DNA of 36,544 nucleotides from a virus (Duplodnaviria > Caudoviricetes). The translations under genes and the position numbers were made by a program. The stretch covers positions 1 to 36,544 of IMG/VR virus record IMGVR_UViG_3300042997_000106; one strand, 5' to 3'. Within the stretch, counting starts at the first letter, position 1; the number at the start of each line of letters is the position of its first letter. The notes beneath the pieces are model-generated. The model was not told the DNA's origin and did not search any database. It was given only the letters and a program-made list of their open reading frames with translations. Below are positions 26,683 to 33,687 of this stretch, one piece after another.

Positions 26683-26982
26683 TTAGAATGGTAAACTATC
26701 ATCTACCAAAGCAGCTTGTTGAGGTTGTCCTTCTTTTTTAACTGCTTTAATGTTTCCATCAGTCCAAACTACGTTTCCGTTACCTAAATAGTTTTTAGAC
26801 TTTTTAGCATCACGTTCTTCTTTAGTTTGTGAATCTGTTAAAGATACGTTTTGACCCCGTTGGTTTGCATCATCGTAAATGTTTAACGTACAGTTATAGT
26901 AAACTGCTCCGTCTTTACCCATTACAAACTTCTCTTTTGGTAACTTGTCAACTCTAATACTTAAATTGATAATTGCACTCAT
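26683..26982 (-). CDS. ssb: Single-stranded DNA-binding protein
   Basis: 99 aa, YLGNG motif, acidic C-terminal tip DDSLPF; downstream of erf. Confidence 0.75.
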   Translation of the reverse strand: MSAIINLSIRVDKLPKEKFVMGKDGAVYYNCTLNIYDDANQRGQNVSLTDSQTKEERDAKKSKNYLGNGNVVWTDGNIKAVKKEGQPQQAALVDDSLPF

Positions 26983-27038
26983 AATATTTAATTTTACTTT
27001 GCCTACCTTTTTTTACTGTTGTCGGCTATTCAGTTTTT

Positions 27039-27109
27039 ATTTAACTTTGTATAAACGCAATAAAAGTTATTTATTTTAAATCATTACTGCGTCTATACGA
27101 TAGTTAAAT
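27039..27109 (+). mobile_element. attC-like recombination hairpin 1 (71 bp)
   Basis: ATTTAAC (RYYYAAC) ... GTTAAAT (GTTRRRY); arms TAACTTTGTATAAACGCAATAA / TTACTGCGTCTATACGATAGTTA. Confidence 0.7.
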
Positions 27110-27436
27110 GCAAGTTATCCCAAAATCACGTTTAAGAATCTTAATACAATTTTCTTTATTTAGCGATGGAATATAAATGCAATTATCTTTTTTAATTACT
27201 TTTTTGTTTTTCTTTTTGAAATTACCTCTAATAGCATCGTTCCAATGAATTTCTTTTATTTCAGGTTCAAAAACTGCTAATTCAATAGTTCTTTTCTTTA
27301 AATCAAATTCAAATAAAATATGATTTTCGTGTGGTGTAATTCTTGAATCAAAAACTTTTTGAATTTCTGCTTGTTGCTGTTTTGTAATTTCAATTTTATC
27401 TTTTACTTTGTCTTTTTCAAAATCTGATAGTTTCAT
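27104..27436 (-). CDS. Hypothetical protein (110 aa) carried in the attC-bounded cassette
   Basis: Its stop codon lies in the GTTA box of hairpin 1 and its start is 11 nt from hairpin 2. Confidence 0.75.
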   Translation of the reverse strand: MKLSDFEKDKVKDKIEITKQQQAEIQKVFDSRITPHENHILFEFDLKKRTIELAVFEPEIKEIHWNDAIRGNFKKKNKKVIKKDNCIYIPSLNKENCIKILKRDFGITCI

Positions 27437-27447
27437 ATTTAACCTGC

Positions 27448-27580
27448 ATTTAACATCGGTTTTGCTCTATTGCGGTTTCGGGCTTAACTGAATGTTCGGT
27501 TTGTATTTGTTAATTTAGTTTTTAATTCAAAGTTTTTGGCTTACTTTTCCGCAACAAAGCAAAGCCGAGAAACGTTATTC
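27448..27580 (+). mobile_element. attC-like recombination hairpin 2 (133 bp)
   Basis: ATTTAAC-ATCGGTTTTGCTCTATTGCGG ... CCGCAACAAAGCAAAGCCGA-GAAAC-GTTATTC; long imperfect inverted repeat with a 4-nt bulge. Confidence 0.75.
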
Positions 27581-27796
27581 ACAAACTACAACCCAGTAAT
27601 AAGTAGTATTTTGATATGTTCCTGTTTCGGTAATTTCACCACAAGCGGTATTTTGATTTGTTTGCCTTGTGTTTGAAGTTCGTTCACCGTTTACTATTTG
27701 CCTTTCGTATTTAACTTCATTAGTTTGCTCATCATTTGAACAAGCCATTATTCCGATAGCTAATGTAAATAAAAGTAGTTTTTTCATTTTTTTCAT
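27575..27796 (-). CDS. Lipoprotein (73 aa, possibly truncated)
   Basis: MKK + hydrophobic + IMAC lipobox; its stop overlaps the GTT box of hairpin 2. Confidence 0.65.
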   Translation of the reverse strand: MKKMKKLLLFTLAIGIMACSNDEQTNEVKYERQIVNGERTSNTRQTNQNTACGEITETGTYQNTTYYWVVVCE

Positions 27797-27800
27797 TTTT

Positions 27801-27923
27801 TTATCTATTTTTAATCATATCTTTTATTATAGCAAAAGATAAAACTACAATTAATGGTATTATAACTATTAATAATGCAATAACAGATATTGGTACTAAA
27901 ATTTCATATAAAAAATCTTTCAT
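27801..27923 (-). CDS. Single-TM peptide (40 aa)
   Basis: Hand translation MKDFLYEILVPISVIALLIVIIPLIVVLSFAIIKDMIKNR. Confidence 0.5.
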   Translation of the reverse strand: MKDFLYEILVPISVIALLIVIIPLIVVLSFAIIKDMIKNR

Positions 27924-27924
27924 A

Positions 27925-28524
27925 TTATTTTACTTTTAAAAGTTCTTGTTTAGTTTTAGCAGCTAACTTATATTTTTTTTCTATAACATCAATACTTCCA
28001 CCGCTTTTTAAATACTCAATAGCTTTTGTAAATTCAGGTGTATTTACGTTTAACCATTTTTGCTCAACTGCTGTTGCTTCTTTAATAGAAACAAACTTAT
28101 CCTTTCCGTGTGTATTAGTTGCATCAGGGTCTTGCGTGTCATCAATTAATAGTAAGTTACCCAATGCGTATTTTTTACCATAAGAAGATGCTGAACCAAA
28201 TGCTTGAGGTGTTTGCATACCTTTTTGTTGTAAGTCTACTCCTACTATTGCAGTAGCACTTATTTCATTGATTCCGTTATTATCATAAATAGTTGCAGTT
28301 GATTTTAACATAGGTGGTAAATTACTTTCAAATGATTCAACTCCAATAAGAGTTTCGTTAATAGTAAAAGATACACCATATTTTTCGTTGTATGGTTTTA
28401 ACGCTTCTAATATATCTTCTGCTGAACGGAAGTTATATTTTCCAAAAGAGTTGAACTTTGATTTGTTAGCTTTAAATTCTACTTGAATTTTGCTTAATTT
28501 TTCGTGTAATGATAATTCTTTCAT
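27925..28524 (-). CDS. erf: ERF-family ssDNA annealing protein
   Basis: FGKYNFRSAEDILEALKP and GSASSYGKKYAL..L..IDD..DPD signature. Confidence 0.9.
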   Translation of the reverse strand: MKELSLHEKLSKIQVEFKANKSKFNSFGKYNFRSAEDILEALKPYNEKYGVSFTINETLIGVESFESNLPPMLKSTATIYDNNGINEISATAIVGVDLQQKGMQTPQAFGSASSYGKKYALGNLLLIDDTQDPDATNTHGKDKFVSIKEATAVEQKWLNVNTPEFTKAIEYLKSGGSIDVIEKKYKLAAKTKQELLKVK

Positions 28525-28691
28525 AATTCGTAAGTTTTTTGTTTAATAATTGTTTTGTATTCGTTTGGGCAATCTTCATCACATAATTCAAATATGTGTG
28601 CTTTAACTTCGTTTAATTTGTTTTCAAGTTCGCAAATCTTTTTTTGTAATGCTTCAACCTGAAATCTTTGGTAGTCGATTAAATCTTTCAT
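28521..28691 (-). CDS. Small coiled-coil protein (56 aa)
   Basis: Hand-translated MKDLIDYQRFQVEALQKKICELE...; ATGA overlap with erf. Confidence 0.6.
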   Translation of the reverse strand: MKDLIDYQRFQVEALQKKICELENKLNEVKAHIFELCDEDCPNEYKTIIKQKTYEL

Positions 28692-28714
28692 TGTTATTGT
28701 TTTTAATTATGTAG

Positions 28715-28775
28715 CAAATATATAGTGAATTTTTTAATTAGCAAGTGTATTTTTATTTTTTAACAAATATTTAAC
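28715..28775 (-). promoter_or_regulatory. Host-type promoter (TTG-N19-TATATTTG) with GTTAA-N6-GTTAA box at 28760-28775
   Basis: Consensus -33/-7 elements; downstream of a terminator. Confidence 0.75.
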
Positions 28776-28783
28776 TTTTAGCC

Positions 28784-28810
28784 AAAAAAAGGGTAGCCGT
28801 TAAACTACCC
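28784..28810 (-). terminator. Intrinsic terminator
   Basis: GGGTAGT-loop-GCTACCC + T7. Confidence 0.85.
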
Positions 28811-28839
28811 AATTAAAACAATAAAAACAATTAGAAATA

Positions 28840-29226
28840 TTATAGAAGTTCTTTTAACTTATCTTTGTAGTGTTGTATCATATCCTGCAAATCTGCGTCT
28901 GTAAACTTAACTGTTTGCTTTGATTTTATAAGTAATGCTTCCGCAGTATCTTTTCCAAATTCTTTATTTAATCTTTTACCAAATTCAAATTGTAAACCTT
29001 GCATACCTATATTGCAAGAATAACATTGTACCTGAACGTTTAATTCTTCCCAACGTGTTGAATAGTGTCTACGTGATGCGAAATGACCTGCCTGTTGCTT
29101 TTTGTAATGGTCTTTTTTACCACAAGTGTAACATTCAGCTATTTCATTTTTTGCATAACGCAAACGTATGTATTGGCTAAATACAATATCTAAATTCTTT
29201 ACTAATGTGGAACGCTTTACTTTCAT
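28840..29226 (-). CDS. ninG: NinG/Rap-like recombination endonuclease
   Basis: FSQYIRLR, CYTCG, AGHF.SR, N...QC..CN motifs. Confidence 0.85.
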   Translation of the reverse strand: MKVKRSTLVKNLDIVFSQYIRLRYAKNEIAECYTCGKKDHYKKQQAGHFASRRHYSTRWEELNVQVQCYSCNIGMQGLQFEFGKRLNKEFGKDTAEALLIKSKQTVKFTDADLQDMIQHYKDKLKELL

Positions 29227-29231
29227 TAATA

Positions 29232-29286
29232 CAAATGTAGTTAATAGTTATTTACAAAGTATGTTAATAAAATAATTATATATTTG
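29232..29286. promoter_or_regulatory. Divergent host-type -7 boxes
   Basis: TACATTTG (minus, 29232-29239) and TATATTTG (plus, 29279-29286). Confidence 0.6.
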
Positions 29287-29301
29287 TAAAAAGTTTTTAT
29301 T

Positions 29302-29715
29302 ATGTTTAGCAACGAAACAATAAAAGAATTATCAAAACCAAATAATCACAAAATAAAATTTGATGGTTATGATTACTGGTGGTATAGTAAAATGAACGGA
29401 AAATGGAATATACATTGTATTGAGCCATTTAAAACGCATTTAAAAGCAATTAAGTTTATTAAGTATTGGTTAGTTCAATATTCTAAAATGGATGCAGAAA
29501 ACGAAATGACATTTGAAAAAATGGTTACTAATGTAATGAACGAAGTTAGAATTTACGATATATCAAAAAACAAAGATTTAAAAACTATTGATAAAGTTAT
29601 TGCTATTTTAGATATAAACCCATATTTGAATCAAGTTGAGTTAGCTGAATATTTAAATATATCAAAAATGGGAATATGTAAACAACTAAAAAAGATTAAA
29701 AAGTTTACTAAATAA
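29302..29715 (+). CDS. Protein with C-terminal HTH (137 aa)
   Basis: NPYLNQVELAEYLNISKMGICKQLKKI; own promoter on the plus strand. Confidence 0.7.
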   Translation: MFSNETIKELSKPNNHKIKFDGYDYWWYSKMNGKWNIHCIEPFKTHLKAIKFIKYWLVQYSKMDAENEMTFEKMVTNVMNEVRIYDISKNKDLKTIDKVIAILDINPYLNQVELAEYLNISKMGICKQLKKIKKFTK

Positions 29716-29787
29716 ATTTTAAAAGTAAACCTCTTTGTATGTTTAAGTATTGATTTTATTAAGTTTTTTAGTTTTTAAAAATGTTAC

Positions 29788-30237
29788 TTATATAACCCTT
29801 AAGTACTTTTTAAGAATATAATATATAATTAATAAAATAATAAGAATAAAAAAAACAAAATATTTAACATTATAATTATCTTTTTCAGTATTTTTCTGTT
29901 TAATTACTTCTTTAGATTTAATATTTGATACTTTACTTTCGTTTTTAATAACATTATTCTGTTTTTTATAAGTAGTATTATCTTTTTTATTTTCGTGTCT
30001 TAAAACAACATTAAAATACGTTTTGTTATTATATGTAAAAGGTTTTAAATTATCTTTAGCTTGTACTGTAAAAATATTTAATTCGTAATCAAATTTAACT
30101 TCTACGTTTGAACTATCTTTTGTTACTGTATTTTCTACAATATTAGTTACAACTTCTTTTTCTGTTTTGTTTATAGCTACTTTTCTTGAGCCACAGGAAG
30201 TTAAAATGATAAAAGTAAGTAAATATATGTATTTCAT
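29788..30237 (-). CDS. Probable unimolecular spanin
   Basis: N-terminal lipobox LTSC plus C-terminal TM helix; follows the endolysin. Confidence 0.7.
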   Translation of the reverse strand: MKYIYLLTFIILTSCGSRKVAINKTEKEVVTNIVENTVTKDSSNVEVKFDYELNIFTVQAKDNLKPFTYNNKTYFNVVLRHENKKDNTTYKKQNNVIKNESKVSNIKSKEVIKQKNTEKDNYNVKYFVFFILIILLIIYYILKKYLRVI

Positions 30238-30290
30238 AAAATCGTAATTTAAAAGTTAGTGTTCTGTATTTTTAAAGTTGAAGATATTTA

Positions 30291-30701
30291 TTATATATTC
30301 TTATATTCATTTTTAGCTTCAAAACTTGGACAAGCTTTTGCAACTCCTTTAAAATCTTTATGTCCTTGAACAATAGCATTAGGAAATTGTTTTTTAGCTT
30401 GTTTAACTAAATATAATAAACTTTCTTTTTGTTTTAATGTTCTGGTATCTTTTGGTTTTCCTGCTTCATCTATTCCACCAATATAACTAAAATGAATTGA
30501 TTCAGAATTAAAACCTTTTACTCCATTTGTAATTTCTTCAAACTTTGCTAATTCGTGTATCACACCATTTGCATCAATTAATCTATGATAACCTACCGAT
30601 TTCCACTTTAAAGTATTTTTCCAATAGTTTAAAATAGCATCTTTAGTTGCATTAGGATTTGAAGCTGTACAATGAATTACTATGTATTTTATATTTCTCA
30701 T
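30291..30701 (-). CDS. Endolysin, N-acetylmuramoyl-L-alanine amidase (T7 lysozyme-like)
   Basis: IVIHCTA, GYH, GHKDF, KACPSF zinc-amidase motifs. Confidence 0.92.
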   Translation of the reverse strand: MRNIKYIVIHCTASNPNATKDAILNYWKNTLKWKSVGYHRLIDANGVIHELAKFEEITNGVKGFNSESIHFSYIGGIDEAGKPKDTRTLKQKESLLYLVKQAKKQFPNAIVQGHKDFKGVAKACPSFEAKNEYKNI

Positions 30702-31018
30702 TTTGTAATTTTATCAAATTCTGCTTTTAAGTCATAGTATTTACGTTCCCAAGTTCTCAACTCTTTACGCAATTCGCTATTTTCTTTTCTTAATTGAACA
30801 ACCTCTATTCTGACCTCTTGCATTTGGTCACGCATATCAGCATATCTACTTTCAATATCTTTTACAAAATTCTCGTAAACTGTTTGCATAGATAGTACAG
30901 CATCACTATTCGCTTTTTTTTCTTCTATTGATTTCATTTTTTGTCCGCCAAAGAAAGCTATTATTGAGCCACCTATACCAGCTAATATTTGCCAGTTTTC
31001 CATTAGTGTTTTAACCAT
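30698..31018 (-). CDS. TM + coiled-coil protein (holin/antiholin candidate)
   Basis: One N-terminal TM segment; directly upstream of the endolysin. Confidence 0.5.
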   Translation of the reverse strand: MVKTLMENWQILAGIGGSIIAFFGGQKMKSIEEKKANSDAVLSMQTVYENFVKDIESRYADMRDQMQEVRIEVVQLRKENSELRKELRTWERKYYDLKAEFDKITK

Positions 31019-31335
31019 TGTTTGTAGAGGTTGTAAAAGTATTTAATGTATTGTATTGCTGTAAACCACGCTATAAAGAAAATATCATTTAAAGAATAGT
31101 TTGTTTCATTGTTAAATAAAAGTACATAAATATCGTTAAATATTATTGCACAAAATAATTTTTCAATGAAATTGCTTTGTTTTTTGTATTCGATTGCTAA
31201 TAAAATAATAAGGCAATAAATAGAAACTTTTAAATACCAAAAGAATTCAACATCACCATTATAAAATAATTTACAAATATGATAATTTGCAAAGTATAAA
31301 AATGCTATTATTAAACCTATTAGCTTGTTATTCAT
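31003..31335 (-). CDS. Multi-TM membrane protein
   Basis: Three to four hydrophobic segments in the lysis cluster. Confidence 0.55.
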   Translation of the reverse strand: MNNKLIGLIIAFLYFANYHICKLFYNGDVEFFWYLKVSIYCLIILLAIEYKKQSNFIEKLFCAIIFNDIYVLLFNNETNYSLNDIFFIAWFTAIQYIKYFYNLYKQWLKH

Positions 31336-31595
31336 TAACCTATTTTTTTAGGTGTTTGAGGTAATTGTGGGTCTAAATTTTCCCTTGCCATTGTATTATC
31401 TTTTGCACCACTAAAGAAATTCTTAATTAAATAAGATAAACCACCTGCTAAAGATACAGCCAAAATATTACTCCAGTTAAAAACTAAATGTCCCTCTGAT
31501 AATGATTGTTGAACAACCAATAAAGCTGGTGTTAAAATAGCAATTAATAATCCCTTTGCTAAATCCTTGTAATCTAATCTTAAAAATTTACTCAT
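31335..31595 (-). CDS. Holin candidate (2 TM)
   Basis: 86 aa, two hydrophobic helices, charged C-terminal tail. Confidence 0.55.
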   Translation of the reverse strand: MSKFLRLDYKDLAKGLLIAILTPALLVVQQSLSEGHLVFNWSNILAVSLAGGLSYLIKNFFSGAKDNTMARENLDPQLPQTPKKIG

Positions 31596-31923
31596 TTGTA
31601 TTTGTGTTTTGGTTAGTTTGGTTATATTCGTTTGTGTTAAATCCTAAAAATGCGTGTTTTACGTTTGTGGGTGTTACTCTTGCAGTACCGAAATCAATAG
31701 CTTGTGTTACCATAACGTCAAAATGATAACCATCTGCGTAAGTTGGTGCTGTTATTTCGTTAAAATCTTCATCGTATGTGCCACTTGTTAAAACAATAAT
31801 TCCTAATTCTACAACTGCTTGCGTTATAGACGTGTTATTTTCGTTTGTATCAATTACACCCTTTGCAATTAAATCGTTTATTGCAGTTTCTTTATCGTTA
31901 TATCTTAATTTGTATATATACAT
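31588..31923 (-). CDS. Fibre-associated small protein (111 aa)
   Basis: Follows the lectin gene; GYHFDVM...P....H.F.G pattern. Confidence 0.5.
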   Translation of the reverse strand: MYIYKLRYNDKETAINDLIAKGVIDTNENNTSITQAVVELGIIVLTSGTYDEDFNEITAPTYADGYHFDVMVTQAIDFGTARVTPTNVKHAFLGFNTNEYNQTNQNTNTNE

Positions 31924-31924
31924 T

Positions 31925-33148
31925 TTAGATAGTTGTTAATTCTGCTAATTCAGCATTAGTTAAACGTGTTTTCCATAATGTAGATAACAAAATATTGTCT
32001 GATAATTGAGCAACATTATTATAATTTTGACCTATATCTACTCTGCTACAGGTTGGTATAGTCGCACTTGTATCAGTTCCTATTTGAACTCCATTTACAT
32101 AAAATACAATATCATTATTTTTATATGCCATAGCTAATTTATAAGTTCCTGTGCTTGTTAAAGCTGAACTATTTATACTACATTGTAAAGTACCACCGTT
32201 AAAAATCCTTGCTCTTAATACATTTGAAGCCGCACCTGAAAAGGCAATATAAATACGATTATTTGCTGTGCCATCTGATAAGTGAAATATATATCTTGAA
32301 GCTGCACCTATTAATTTATTAACTTTAATTTCTGTATATAAAGTTCCCTCTGTTTGTCCTATTAAACTACTTATACCTGTTTTAGAAATAACATCTGCGT
32401 TACGAGTTACACTTGCAGTAGTTGTAGGGATGTATGATGTAGCGTAATTTGCTAAACTTTCAAATTGTGCTCCATATATATAAGCAAATTGACCTACAGC
32501 AGTAGATTTTATTCCAAAATCAAAAAAGTGATTAGCAGCCAAAGTTGTAGCCGTTAAAGTACAACTATACCAACCATTACCATATAATTTAATTGTAGCG
32601 GTAGCTCCAGCAGTTGTGTTTGCAGTAGTACCATTTGTTAAATTGTATTCAGAACTAAAAACGTTTGTTAAATCAAAAATTTGTAATCTTGCTGTTGATG
32701 AAGTACCCGCTTTTGCAAAAAAAGAAATTGTTTGACTACCACCCGAAATACCCGTTATATTATTTCTAAAAACCACGTTATTAGAATTTGCCAAAGTAGA
32801 TACAATTTTATCAGCGTTTTGTGTTCCATCAGGAGAAATAGCATCATTTGCAGTTATTGTGCATAAAAATTGTCCCCAATAAGCATTATCAAATTGTTGA
32901 GAATATAAAACTAAATTCGTTCTTTGTCCCTCTACCAATATACTCGGACATCCGCCACCGCTATAATCAATTCTCGGTACGTTACTTGCTACTGTTTCAA
33001 TTACTCCGTTAGCGTTTACCCTTGTAGCACTTGTTGCTCTTGTAACTGTTAAATCGCCACTACCATCGGTTGGTTTTATAGCATATAACTTTGATGCTTT
33101 TGTTCCGTTTGGAGTTACTACCAAACTTGCACTTTCAAATAAACTCAT
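31925..33148 (-). CDS. Tail fibre/lectin-like virion protein (CBM-like + LamG/ConA-like)
   Basis: ASLVVTP..., TRATSATRVN, PRIDY, RTNL..YS..F, ATSYIPT...VTRNAD, YVNG.Q.G motifs. Confidence 0.7.
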   Translation of the reverse strand: MSLFESASLVVTPNGTKASKLYAIKPTDGSGDLTVTRATSATRVNANGVIETVASNVPRIDYSGGGCPSILVEGQRTNLVLYSQQFDNAYWGQFLCTITANDAISPDGTQNADKIVSTLANSNNVVFRNNITGISGGSQTISFFAKAGTSSTARLQIFDLTNVFSSEYNLTNGTTANTTAGATATIKLYGNGWYSCTLTATTLAANHFFDFGIKSTAVGQFAYIYGAQFESLANYATSYIPTTTASVTRNADVISKTGISSLIGQTEGTLYTEIKVNKLIGAASRYIFHLSDGTANNRIYIAFSGAASNVLRARIFNGGTLQCSINSSALTSTGTYKLAMAYKNNDIVFYVNGVQIGTDTSATIPTCSRVDIGQNYNNVAQLSDNILLSTLWKTRLTNAELAELTTI

Positions 33149-33687
33149 TATTTAAATCCTTTAAAGTTTCCATACTTATCAATTATAGCTTCTTTTCCTC
33201 TTATAGTTACTACAGAATATTCAGAAGTTTCAATATTTCGTATCTTAATTTCTGCGTTTTCTACTTTCTTACTTTCTATTTCTAATAAATAATTATCTAA
33301 TTCAAGTTTTTTATTTTCGTTTTCTCTTGCTATTTCACTTTCTAAATCAGATAACTCTTTTCTTTTTTTATTAATAGATTGCTTTTGTTTTAAAATTAAA
33401 TCGTAATGCTTTTGTTTAATGTCCTCAAACTCTAAATATTCTTTATCTAAATTATCTTTTACATCGTTTAACGTAGTTTCTAGCGTGTTTAAGACACTTT
33501 CTTTATCTTTTAATATACTTTCATCTTCAATTAAAGATAATGCTTTTAAATCGTTTATTTCACGTTTTAAATTTATCTCATACTCAAACGCTTCCAATTT
33601 CTCTTGAAAATGTACTAAATCAATTTCCTTAAGTTTTAGTAGCTGCTCGGTCTTACCAAACAGCCACTTTATTAAAAACTTCTTCAT
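33148..33687 (-). CDS. Coiled-coil protein (179 aa)
   Basis: Lys/Glu/Leu heptads; TAATG coupling on both sides. Confidence 0.6.
   Translation of the reverse strand: MKKFLIKWLFGKTEQLLKLKEIDLVHFQEKLEAFEYEINLKREINDLKALSLIEDESILKDKESVLNTLETTLNDVKDNLDKEYLEFEDIKQKHYDLILKQKQSINKKRKELSDLESEIARENENKKLELDNYLLEIESKKVENAEIKIRNIETSEYSVVTIRGKEAIIDKYGNFKGFK

Noticed and set aside
27001-27034. preQ1-I riboswitch
   Set aside because: Similar stem/poly-A topology, but the conserved ligand-binding loop sequence is absent and the downstream gene is ssb.
27039-27580. Hairpins as intrinsic terminators or a CRISPR mini-array
   Set aside because: No adjacent U-tract in the transcribed direction, long bulged stems with AAC/GTT ends, and no identical repeat-spacer units.
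30248-30275. Sixth late-promoter copy before the spanin
   Set aside because: Has a TAACTTTTAAA-like half but no ACAA at the 12-13 nt spacing.
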